Positions 51,401-64,000 of a stretch of 64,000 bases of DNA are shown here, piece after piece (the first letter of the stretch is position 1; every line of letters starts with the position of its first letter). A program made the position numbers and the translations under genes. The notes below the pieces were generated by a model, which worked only from the letters and a program-made list of their open reading frames with translations, was not told where the DNA came from and ran no database searches. Source of the stretch: Haplodiscus bocki (taxonomy: Eukaryota); contig OZ296648.1 in NCBI GenBank assembly GCA_965655095.1, forward strand, positions 27,404,001 to 27,468,000, given 5' to 3'.

Positions 51401-54400
51401 TTTGATCACTCGACTATCAAATCCAACCTATATTGGCATTCATCTTTGTTAATCATCCTATCTATACGAATAGTTACGTTCGTGGTCTGTGCTGTTGAAA
51501 TATAGCATTGCTTTGAATCCAGACGAACTCCGACGATGTTTAAATGTTTGTTACTTAGAGAACAAGATTGTAAAACTGAGTGCTTAAAAAAGCAATCGGT
51601 TTCAAACCAATATCTCGAAAACTGACATTAGCATCAAGTGGTTTTGATGCTGAGGGTGACCCCTCATGCAGTTCAAGTTACTCGTCAGTCCATTCCCTTG
51701 AAGCTAAACTTATTAGGCATGGCTCCCGTCAATTGAAAACTGTTTTTGCCACACAGAGTGGAAATGAACAATTGAAAATAGCAAGGGATATTTTCCGAAG
51801 AATTTTTCTGGTTCAATTATTGACTTTAAGTGTTTCTGTAATTTCTGTCACTACAAACGGCCATGTAGTGTGGCTCCAAATTCCGGTCTAAACTTACCGT
51901 TGTCTTTCTACTAGTTCCAAAGTTCTACTACTTTAAAAGAGGTAGATTCAGTTATTGATGGAATAGTTAATGATAATGTCTTGGATAAATCAGACACTGA
52001 AATAGAAACATGTGATAATATAGAAGGACTAAAATAACCTCAAAAACATGAAGATGGAGGAATATTTATACTAGATGATCTCAATGAAAAAGAAGTGAAT
52101 GATCCGCGAGTAACAGCGATGTTCAAAAGACCGAGACATAAAATTTCACCTTTTTTTAAAAGCAGCCAAGATTACTATGAATTACGAAAGAGATCGACCC
52201 AAGCTAAAAGAGGTATGTACCGCATCTTCAATCCAAACAATTTCAGAGATATTCAAAATCTCTATCAACATAAAACTTCCATGGATATGACACTGAACGA
52301 ATTCAAACACTCAACAAGTAGCTGTTGGGATGAAAAATATCAGCCATTTACAATTGACATGACAAAAGATAAAAACACAGGTTCTTTAGATTAAGTTTAA
52401 ATTCAACATTCATACCAGATAGCTCTCTTTTTTAAATTATCGAAGAAGCAATAAGTCCCACCACTCATTGACTCGTTTGAAAAAATTTCAAAAATTTTAG
52501 CAAGGTGCTATCGCAAGTCCGCCAAAAAATGTGCTGGTTGTATCTATATTACATGTAAGCTATGATGCAAACTTAACTCAATTGCTCTACATAGGCACAA
52601 AATGACAACAATTTTTTTATCAAAACTGCTAAGTCCATCAAATTTACTTTGTGTTTTGAGCGACATTATATAAGATATCTTGAAAATGGGAGCGAATATC
52701 ATTTTTTCAGTTGAAAACTGGTATTTAATTGATCACTCGACTATCAAATCCAACCTATATTGGCATTCATCTTTGTTAATCATCCTATCTATACGAATAG
52801 TTACGTTCGTGGTCTGTGCTGTTGAAATATAGCATTGCTTTGAATCCAGACGAACTCCGACGATGTTTAAATGTTTGTTACTTAGAGAACAAGATTGTAA
52901 AACTGAGTGCTTAAAAAAGCAATCGGTTTCAAACCAATATCTCGAAAACTGACATTAGCATCAAGTGGTTTTGATGCTGAGGGTGACCCCTCATGCAGTT
53001 CAAGTTACTCGTCAGTCCATTCCCTTGAAGCTAAACTTATTAGGCATGGCTCCCGTCAATTGAAAACTGTTTTTGCCACACAGAGTGGAAATGAACAATT
53101 GAAAATAGCAAGGGATATTTTCCGAAGAATTTTTCTGGTTCAATTATTGACTTTAAGTGTTTCTGTAATTTCTGTCACTACAAACGGCCATGTAGTGTGG
53201 CTCCAAATTCCGGTCTAAACTTACCGTTGTCTTTCTACTAGTTCCAAAGTTCTACTACTTTAAAAGAGGTAGATTCAGTTATTGATGGAATAGTTAATGA
53301 TAATGTCTTGGATAAATCAGACACTGAAATAGAAACATGTGATAATATAGAAGGACTAAAATAACCTCAAAAACATGAAGATGGAGGAATATTTATACTA
53401 GATGATCTCAATGAAAAAGAAGTGAATGATCCGCGAGTAACAGCGATGTTCAAAAGACCGAGACATAAAATTTCACCTTTTTTTAAAAGCAGCCAAGATT
53501 ACTATGAATTACGAAAGAGATCGACCCAAGCTAAAAGAGGTATGTACCGCATCTTCAATCCAAACAATTTCAGAGATATTCAAAATCTCTATCAACATAA
53601 AACTTCCATGGATATGACACTGAACGAATTCAAACACTCAACAAGTAGCTGTTGGGATGAAAAATATCAGCCATTTACAATTGACATGACAAAAGATAAA
53701 AACACAGGTTCTTTAGATTAAGTTTAAATTCAACATTCATACCAGATAGCTCTCTTTTTTAAATTATCGAAGAAGCAATAAGTCCCACCACTCATTGACT
53801 CGTTTGAAAAAATTTCAAAAATTTTAGCAAGGTGCTATCGCAAGTCCGCCAAAAAATGTGCTGGTTGTATCTATATTACATGTAAGCTATGATGCAAACT
53901 TAACTCAATTGCTCTACATAGGCACAAAATGACAACAATTTTTTTATCAAAACTGCTAAGTCCATCAAATTTACTTTGTGTTTTGAGCGACATTATATAA
54001 GATATCTTGAAAATGGGAGCGAATATCATTTTTTCAGTTGAAAACTGGTATTTAATTGATCACTCGACTATCAAATCCAACCTATATTGGCATTCATCAT
54101 TGTTAATCATCCTATCTATACGAATAGTTACGTTCGTGGTCTGTGCTGTTAAAATATAGCATTGCTTTGAATCCAGACGAACTCGGACGATGTTCAATTG
54201 GTTGTTACCTAGAGAACAAGATTGTAGAACTGAGTGCTTAAAAAAGAAATCGGTTTCAAACCAATATCTCGAAAATTGACGTTAGCATCAACTGGTTTTG
54301 ATGCTGAGGGTGACCACTCATGCAGTTCAAGTTACTCGTCAGTCCATTCCCTTGAAGCTAAACTTATTGTGCATGGCTCCCGTCAATTGAAAACTGTTTT

Positions 54401-55896
54401 TGCCACACAGAGTAGAACTGAACAATTGAAAATAGCAAGGGATGTTTTCCGAAGAATTTTTCTGGTTCAATTATTAACTTCAAGTGTTTCTGTAATTTCT
54501 GTCACTACAAACGGCCATGTAGTGTGGCTCCAAATTCCGGTCTGAACTTACCGTTGTCTTTCTACTAGTTCAAAAGTCCTACTACTTTAAAAGAGATAGA
54601 TTTAGTTATTGATGGAATAGTTTATGATAATGTCTTTGAAAAATCAGACACTGAAATAGGAACATGTGATGATATAGAAGAACTAAAATAACCTCAAGAA
54701 GATGAAGATGGAGGAATATTAATACTAGATGATCTCAATGAAAACGAAGTGAATGATCCGCGAGTAACAGCGATGTTCAAAAGACCGAGACATAAAACTT
54801 CATCTATTTTTAAAAGCAGCCAAGATTACTATGAATTACGAAAGAGATCGACCCAAGCTAATGGAGGTATCTACCGCATCTTCAAACCAAACATTTTCAG
54901 AGATATTAAAAATCTCTATCAACATAAAACTTCCATGGATATGACACTGAACGAATTCAAACACTCAACAAGTAGCTGTTGGGATGAAAAATATCAACCA
55001 TTTACAATTGATATGACAAAAGATAAAAACACAGGTTCTTTTAGATTAAGTTTAAATTCAACATTCATACCAGATAGCTCTCTTTTTTAAATTATCGAAG
55101 AAGCAATAAGTCCCACCACTCATTGACTCGTTTGAAAAAATTTCAAAAATTTTAGCAAGGTGCTATCGCAAGTCCGCCAAAAAATGTGCTGGTTGTATCT
55201 ATACTACATGTAAGCTATGATGCAAACTTAACTCAATTGATCTACATAGGCACAAAATGACAACAATTTTTTTATCAAAACTGCTAAGTCCATCAAATTT
55301 ACTTTGTGTTTTGAGCGACATTATATAAGATATCTTAAAAATGGGAGCGAATATCATTTTTTCAGTTGAAAACTGGTATTTATTTGATCACTCGACTATC
55401 AAATCCAACCTATATTGGCATTCATCTTTGTTAATCATCCTATCTATACGAATAGTTACGTTCGTGGTCTGTGCTGTTGAAATATAGCATTGCTTTGAAT
55501 CCAGACGAACTCCGACGATGTTTAAATGTTTGTTACTTAGAGAACAAGATTGTAAAACTGAGTGCTTAAAAAAGCAATCGGTTTCAAACCAATATCTCGA
55601 AAACTGACATTAGCATCAAGTGGTTTTGATGCTGAGGGTGACCACTCATGCAGTTCAAGTTACTCGTCAGTCCATTCCCTTGAAGCTAAACTTATTGTGC
55701 ATGGCTCCCGTCAATTGAAAACTGTTTTTGCCACACAGAGTAGAACTGAACAATTGAAAATAGCAAGGGATGTTTTCCGAAGAATTTTTCTGGTTCAATT
55801 ATTAACTTCAAGTGTTTCTGTAATTTCTGTCACTACAAACGGCCATGTAGTGTGGCTCCAAATTCCGGTCTGAACTTACCGTTGTCTTTCTACTAG

Positions 55897-56454
55897 TTCA
55901 AAAGTCCTACTACTTTAAAAGAGATAGATTTAGTTATTGATGGAATAGTTAATGATAATGTCTTTGAAAAATCAGACACTGAAATAGGAACATGTGATGA
56001 TATAGAAGAACTAAAAAAACCTCAAGAAGATGAAGATGGAGGAATATTAATACTAGATGATCTCAATGAAAACGAAGTGAATGATCCGCGAGTAACAGCG
56101 ATGTTCAAAAGACCGAGACATAAAATTTCATCTATTTTTAAAAGCAGCCAAGATTACTATGAATTACGAAAGAGATCGACCCAAGCTAATGGAGGTATCT
56201 ACCGCATCTTCAAACCAAACATTTTCAGAGATATTAAAAATCTCTATCAACATAAAACTTCCATGGATATGACACTGAACGAATTCAAACACTCAACTCG
56301 TAGTTGTTGGGATAAAAAATATCAACCATTTACAATTGATATGACAAAAGATGAAAACACAGGTTCTTTTAGATTAAGTTCAAATTCAATATTCATACCA
56401 GATAGCTCTCTTTTTGAAATTATCGAAGAAGCAATAAGTCCCACCACTCGTTGA
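55897..56454 (+). pseudogene. N-terminally truncated A32-like/FtsK-HerA packaging ATPase fragment (Polinton/Maverick-adintovirus type); longest open copy of a fragment found in every 1,327-bp unit
   Basis: Open frame EIDLVIDGIVNDNVFEKSDTEIGTCDDIEELKKPQEDEDGGILILDDLNENEVNDPRVTAMFKRPRHKISSIFKSSQDYYELRKRSTQANGGIYRIFK. It has Walker B hhhDD, the RH-x-x-x-S-hhh-x-Q motif and the downstream R/AN region typical of these ATPases. No Walker A. Family recognised from motifs only. Confidence 0.78.
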
Positions 56455-59400
56455 CTCGTTTGAAAAAATTTCAAAAAATTTAGCAAGGTGCTATCGCAAG
56501 TCCGCCAAAAAATGTGCTGGTTGTATCTATACTACATGTAAGCTATGATGCAAACTTAACTCAATTGATCTACATAGGCACAAAATGACAACAATTTTTT
56601 TATCAAAACTGCTAAGTCCATCAAATTTCCTTTGTGTTTTGAGCGACATTATATAAGATATCTTAAAAATGGGAGCGAATATCATTTTTTCAGTTGAAAA
56701 CTGTTATTTAATTGATCACTCGACTATCAAATCCAACCTATATTGGCATTAATCTTTGTTAATCATCCTATCTATACGAATAGTTACGTTCGTGGTCTGT
56801 GCTGTTAAAATATAGCATTGCTTATAATCCAGACGAACTCCGACGATGTTTAATTGGTTGTTACCTAGAGAACAAGACTGTAAAACTGAGTGCTTAAAAA
56901 AGCTATCGGTTTCAAACCAATATCTCGAAAATTGACGTTAGCATCAAGTGGTTTTGATGCTGAGGGTGACCACTCATGCAGTTCAAGTTACTCCTCAGTC
57001 CATTCCCTTGAAGCTAATTTTATTGTGTATGGCTCCCGTCAATTGAAAACTGTTTTTGCCACACAGAGTGGAACTGAACAATTGAAAGTAGCAAGGGATG
57101 TTTTCCGAAGAATTTTTCTGGTTCAATTATTGACTTTAAATGTTTCTGTAATTTCTGTCACTACAAACGGCCATGTAGTGTGGCTCCAAATTCCGGTCTA
57201 AAGTTACCGTTGTCTTTCTACTAGTTCAAAATTTCTACTACTTTAAAAAAGATAGATTTAATTTTTGATGGAAAAATTAATGATAATGTCCTTGAAAAAA
57301 CAGACACTGAAATAGAAATATGTGATAATATAGAAGAACTAAAATAACCTCAAGAATATGAAGATGGAGGAATATTTATACTAGATGATCTCAATGAAAA
57401 AGAAATGAATGATCCGCGAGTAACAGCGATGTTCAAAAGACCGAGACATAATATTTTAGCTATTTTTATAAGCAGCCAAGCTTACTTTGAATTACGAAAG
57501 GGATCGACCCAATCTAATGGAGGTATCTACCGCATCTTCAAACCAAACAATATCAGAGATATTCAAAATCTCTATCAACATAAAACTTCCATGGATATGA
57601 CACTGAATGAATTCAAATGCTCAACTAGTAGTTGTTGGGATAAAAAATATCAACCATTTACAATTGATATGACAAAAGATAAAAACAAAGATTCTTTTAG
57701 ATTAAGTTTAAATTCAATATTCATACCAGATAGCTCGCTTTTCTAAATTATCGAAGAAGCAATAAGTCCCACCACTCATTGACTCGTTTGAAAATATTTC
57801 AAAAAATTTAGCAAGGTGCTATCGCAAGTCCGCCAAAAAATGTGCTGGTTGTATCTATACTACATGTAAGCTATGATGCAAACTTAACTCAATTGATCTA
57901 CATAGGCACAAAATGACAACAATTTTTTTATCAAAACTGATAAGTCCATCAAATATACTTTGTGTTTTGAGCGACATTATATAAGATATCTTAAAATTGG
58001 AGCAAATATCATTTTTTCAGTTGAAAACTGGTACTTATTTGATCACTCGACTATCAAATCCAACCTATATTGGAATTCATTTTTGTTAATCATCCTATCT
58101 AAACGAAAAGTTTTGTTCATGGTCTCTGCTGTTGAAATATAGCATTGCTTTGAATCCAGACGAATTCCGACGATGTTTAATTGGTTGTTACCTAGAGAAC
58201 AGGATTGTGAAACTGAGTGCTTAAAAAAGCAATCGGTTTCAAACCAATATCTCGAAAATTGCCGTTAGCATCAACTGGTTTAGATGCTGAGGGTGACCAC
58301 TCATGCAGTTCAAGTTACTCGTCAGTCCATTCCCTTGAAGCTAAACTTATTGTGCATGGCTCCCGTCAATTGAAATCTGTTTTTGCCACACAGTGGAACT
58401 GAACAATTGCAAATAGCAAGGGATGTTTTCCGAAGAATTTCTCTGGTTCAAATATTGACTTTAAGTGTTTTTCTAACTTCTGTCACTACAAACGGCCATG
58501 TAGTGTGGCTCCAAAATCCGGTCTAAACTTACCGTTGTCTTTCTACTAGTTCAAAATTTGTACTACTTTAAAAGAGATAGATTCAGTTAATGATGGAATA
58601 GTTAATGATAATGTCTTTGAAAAATCAGACACTGAAATAAAAGCATGTGATAATATAGAAGAACTAAAAAACCTCAAAAATATGAAGATGGAGGAATATT
58701 TATACTAGATGATCTCAATGAAAAAGAAATGAATGATCCGCGAGTAACAGCGATGTTCAAAAGACCGAGACATAATATTTTATCTATTTTTATAAGCAAC
58801 CAAGCTTACTATGAATTACGAAAGAGATCGACCCAAGCTAATGGACGTATCTACCGCATCTTCAAACCAATCAATTTCAGAGATGTTCAAAATCTCTATC
58901 AACATAAAAGTTCCATGGATATGACATTGAACGAATTCAAATACTCAACTTGTAGTTGTTGGGATAAAAAATATCAACCATTTACAATTGATGTGACAAG
59001 ATATAAAAACACAGGTTCTTATAGATTAAGTTCAAATTCAATATTCATAGCAGATAGCTCTCTTTTTTAAATTATCGAAGAAGCAATCAGTCCCACCACT
59101 CACTGACTCGTTTGAAGGAATTTCAAAAAATTTAGCAAGGTGCTATCTCAAGTCCGCCAAAAAATGTGCTGGTTGTATCTTTACTACATGTAAGCTATGA
59201 TGCAAACTTAACTCAATTGATCTACATAGGCACAAATTGACAATAATTTTTGTATCAAAACTGCTAAGTACATCAAATTTACTTTCTGTTTTGAGCGACA
59301 TTATATAGGATGTCCTAAAATTGGGAGCAAATATCATTTTTTCAGTTGAAAACTGTTACTTATTTGATCACTCGACTATCAAATCCAACCTATATTGGAA

Positions 59401-62400
59401 TTCATCTTTGTTAACTATCCTATCTATACGAAAAGTTACGTTCATGGTCTGTGCTGTTGAAAAATAGCATTGCTTATAATCCAGACGAACTCCGACGATG
59501 TTTAATTGGTTGTTACCTAGAGAACAAGATTGTAAAACTGAGTGCTTAAAATAGCAATCGGTTTGAAACCAATATCTCGAAAATTGACGTTAGCATCAAC
59601 TGGTTTTGATGCTGAGGGTGACCACTCATGCAGATCAAGTTACTCGTCAGTCCATTCCCTTGAAGCTAAACTTATTGTGCATGGCTCCTGTCAATTTAAA
59701 ACTGTTTTTGCCACACAGAGTGGAACTGAACAATTGAAAATAGTAAAGGATGTTTTCCGAAGAAGTTTTCTGGTTCAATTATTGACTTTAAGTGTTTCTG
59801 TAATTTCTGTCACCACAAACGGCCATGTAGTGTGGCTCCAAAATCCGGTCTAAACTTACCGTTGTCTTTCTACTAATTCAAAATTTGTACTACTTTAAAA
59901 GAGATAGATTTAGTTTTTGATGGAATAGTTAATGATATTGTCTTTGAAAAATCAGACACTGAAATAGAAACATATGATAATATAGAAGAACTAAAAAACC
60001 TCAAGAATATGAAGATGGAGGAATATTTTTACTAGATGATCTAAATGAAAAAGAAATGAATGATCCGTGAGTAACAGCGATGTTCAAAAGACCGAGACAT
60101 AATCTTTTATCTATTTTTATAAGCAACCAAGCTTACTATGAATTACGAAAGAGATCGACCCAAGCTAATGGAGGTATCTACCGCATCTTCAAACCAATCA
60201 ATTTCAGAGATTTTTAAAATCTCTATCAACATAAAAGTTCCATGGATATGACATTGAACGAATTCAAATACTCAAGTTGTAGTTGTTGGGATAAAAAATA
60301 TCAACCATTTACAATTGATATGACAAGATATAAAAACACAGGTTCTTATAGATTAAGTTCAAGTTCAATATTCATACCAGATAGCTCTCTTTTTTAAATT
60401 ATCGAAGAAGCAATAAGTCCCACCACTCATTGACTCGTTTGAAGAAATTTAAAAAATTTAGCATGGTGCTATCTCAAGTCCGCCAAAAAATGTGCTGGTT
60501 GTATCTTTACTACATGTAAGCTATGATGCAAACTTAACTCAATTGATCTACATAGGCACAAATTGACAATAATTTTTGTATTAAAACTGCTAAGTACATC
60601 AAATTTACTTTCTGTTTTGAGCGACATTATATAGGATATCTTAAAATTGGGAGCAAATATCATTTTTTCAGTTGAAACCTGGTACTTATTTGATCACTCG
60701 ACTATCAAATCCAACCTATATTGGAATTCATCTTTGTTAACTATCCTATCTATACGAAAAGTTACGTTCATGGTCTGTGCTGTTGAAATATAGCATTGCT
60801 TATAATCCAGACGAACTCCGACGATGTTTAATTGGTTGTTACCTAGAGAACAAGATTGTAAACCTGAGTGCTTAAAATAGCAATCGGTTTGAAACCAATA
60901 TCTCGAAAATTGACGTTAGCATCAACTGGTTTTGTTGCTGAGGGTGACCACTCATGCAGATCAAGTTACTCGTCAGTCCATTCCCTTGGAGCTAAACTTA
61001 TTGTGCATGGCTCCTGTCAATTTAAAACTGTTTTTGCCACACAGAGTGGAACTGAACAATTGAAAATAGCAAGGGATGTTTTCCGAAGAAGTTTTCTGGT
61101 TCAATTATTGACTTTAAGTGTTTCTGTAGTTTCTGTCACCACAAACGGCCATGTAGTGTGGCTCCAAATTCAGGTCTATACTTACCGTTGTCTTTCTACT
61201 AGTTCAAAATTTCTACTATTTTAAAAGAGATAGTTTTAGTTATTGATGGAATAGTTAATGATAATGTCTTTGAAAAATCAGACACTGAAATAGAAGCATG
61301 TGATAATATAGATGAATTAAAATAACCTCAAGAATATGAAGATGGAGGAAATTTATTCTAGATGAACTCAATGGAAAAGAAATGAATGATCCTCGAGTAA
61401 CAGCGATGTTCAAAAGACCGAGACATAATAATTTATCTATTTTTATAAGCAGCCAAGATTACTATGAATTACAAAAGAGATCGACCCAAGCTAATGGAGG
61501 TATCTACCGCATATTCAAACCAAACAATTTCAGAGATATTCGAAATCTCTATCAACATAAAACTTCCATGGATATGACACTGAACGAATTCAAATAATCA
61601 ACTAGTAGTTGTTGGGATTAAAAATATCAACCATTTACAATTGTTATGACAAAAGATAAAAACACAGGTTCTTTTAAAATAAGTTTAAATTCAATTTTCA
61701 TACCAGATAGCTCTCCTTTTTGACTTATTGAAGAAGCAATAATTCCCACCACTCATTGACTGGTTTGAAAATATTTCAAAAATATCAACAAGGAGCCATC
61801 GCAAGTCCGTTAAAAAATGTGCTGGTTGTATCTATACTACATGTAAGCTATAATGCAAACTTAACTCAATTGATCTACATAGGCACAAATTGACAATAAT
61901 TTTTGTATTAAAACTGCTAAGTACATCAAATTTACTTTCTGTTTTGAGCGACATTATATAGGATATCTTAAAATTGGGAGCAAATATCATTTTTTCAGTT
62001 GAAACCTGGTACTTATTTGATCACTCGACTATCAAATCCAACCTATATTGGAATTCATCTTTGTTAATTATCCTATCTATACGAAAAGTTACGTTCATGG
62101 TCTGTGCTGTTGAAATATAGCATTGCTTATAATCCAGACGAACTCCGACGATGTTTAATTGGTTGTTACCTAGAGAACAAGATTGTAAACCTGAGTGCTT
62201 AAAATAGCAATCGGTTTGAAACCAATATCTCGAAAATTGACGTTAGCATCAACTGGTTTTGTTGCTGAGGGTGACCACTCATGCAGATCAAGTTACTCGT
62301 CAGTCCATTCCCTTGGAGCTAAACTTATTGTGCATGGCTCCTGTCAATTTAAAACTGTTTTTGCCACACAGAGTGGAACTGAACAATTGAAAATAGCAAG

Positions 62401-64000
62401 GGATGTTTTCCGAAGAAGTTTTCTGGTTCAATTATTGACTTTAAGTGTTTCTGTAGTTTCTGTCACCACAAACGGCCATGTAGTGTGGCTCCAAATTCAG
62501 GTCTATACTTACCGTTGTCTTTCTACTAGTTCAAAATTTCTACTATTTTAAAAGAGATAGTTTTAGTTATTGATGGAATAGTTAATGATAATGTCTTTGA
62601 AAAATCAGACACTGAAATAGAAGCATGTGATAATATAGATGAATTAAAATAACCTCAAGAATATGAAGATGGAGGAAATTTATTCTAGATGAACTCAATG
62701 GAAAAGAAATGAATGATCCTCGAGTAACAGCGATGTTCAAAAGACCGAGACATAATAACTTATCTATTTTTATAAGCAGCCAAGATTACTATGAATTACA
62801 AAAGAGATCGACCCAAGCTAATGGAGGTATCTACCGCATATTCAAACCAAACAATTTCAGAGATATTCGAAATCTCTATCAACATAAAACTTCCATGGAT
62901 ATGACACTGAACGAATTCAAATAATCAACCAGTAGTTGTTGGGATTAAAAATATCAACCATTTACAATTGTTATGACAGAAGATAAAAACACAGGTTCTT
63001 TTAGAATAAGTTTAAATTCAATTTTCATACCAGATAGCTCTCCTTTTTGACTTATTGAAGAAGCAATAATTCCCACCACTCATTGACTGGTTTGAAAATA
63101 TTTCAAAAATATCAACAAGGAGCCATCGCAAGTCCGTTAAAAAATGTGCTGGTTGTATCTATACTACATGTAAGCTATAATGCAAACTTAACTCAATTGA
63201 TCTACATTGGCACAAAATGATAACAATTTTTTTAACAAAACTGCTAAGTCCATCAAATTTACTTTGTGTTTTGAGCGACATTATATAGGATATCTTGAAA
63301 TTGGGAGCAAATATCGTTTTTTCAGTTGAAAACTGGTACTTATTTGATCACTCGTTTATCAAATCCAACCTATATTGGAATTCATCTTTGTTAATCATCC
63401 TATCTATACGAAAAGTTACGTTCGTGGTCTGTGCTGTTGAAACATAGCATTGCTTCGAAACCAGACGAACTCCGACGATGTTTAATCGGTTGTTAACTAA
63501 AACACAAGATTGTAAAACTGAGTGCTTAAAAAAGCAATCGGTTTCAAACCAATATCTCGAGAATTGATGTTAGCATCAACTGGTTTTGATGCTGAGGGTG
63601 CCCACTCATGCAGTTCAAGTTACTCGCCAGTCCATTACCTTGAAGCTAATTTTATTGTGCATGGCTCCCGTCAATTGAAAACTGTTTTTGCCACACAGAG
63701 TGGAACTGAACAATTGAAAATAGCAAGGGATGTTTTCCGAAGAATTTTTCTGGTTCAATTATTGACTTTAAGTGTTTCTGTAATTTCTGTCACTACAAAC
63801 GGCGATGTAGTGTGGCTCCAAATTCCGGTCTAAACTTACCGTTGTCTTTCTACTAGTTCAAAATTTCTACTACTTTAAAAGAGATAGATTTAGTTATTGA
63901 TGGAATAGTTAATGATAATGTCTTTGAAAAATCATACACTGAAATAGAAACAAGTGATAAAATAGAAGAACTAAAATAACCTCAAGAATATGAAGATGGA

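Larger units (their letters stand above)
47138..64000. repeat. Tandem macrosatellite, ~1,327-bp unit, ~12.7 copies, running off the window end
   Basis: NDPRVTAMFKRPRH ORFs at 49438, 50766, 52095, 53422, 54749, 56077, 57405, 58729, (60056, stop-interrupted), 61382 and 62709 (spacing 1324-1329). The array begins at TTATGGAAGAAGCAATAAATCCC (~47138). Confidence 0.97.

Noticed and set aside
47138-64000. An intact Polinton/Maverick or integrated virus
   Set aside because: Only a truncated ATPase fragment is repeated; no pPolB, integrase, protease, capsid genes or terminal inverted repeats are visible.

Overview
Eukaryotic, intron-containing, AT-rich DNA that looks like an invertebrate animal; I cannot identify the species. 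Left to right: (1) a ~1,967-bp tandem macrosatellite (1-29,382, ~10.8 units, probably continuing left of the window). Its second unit carries a Ty3/gypsy LTR retrotransposon present as an LTR-internal-LTR-internal-LTR tandem dimer (2,306-10,477, minus strand, 192-bp LTRs, CCTTC target-site duplication). (2) A decayed CR1/L2-like LINE (~29.4-31.55 kb, minus). (3) A 4-exon proteasome beta-type-1 gene (PSMB1, 31,784-42,999). Its introns hold a hAT-like MITE, tRNA-derived sequence, a 117-bp minisatellite and a decayed BEL/Pao element. (4) A 4-repeat polyubiquitin gene (44,315-45,938) with an intron at Gly53 of every repeat. (5) A second, ~1,327-bp macrosatellite (47,138 to the window end, ~12.7 units); each unit contains the C-terminal half of an A32/FtsK-HerA-type packaging ATPase of the Polinton/Maverick kind. 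The strongest leads are: the gypsy PBS is complementary to its own LTR just downstream of a TATA box (tRNA-independent self-priming in a non-chromodomain, Mag-like element); the middle LTR is a clean recombinant of the two outer LTRs; a virus-like ATPase fragment has been amplified into a satellite; and the polyubiquitin has one intron per repeat. All comparisons were made by eye, with no database searches.
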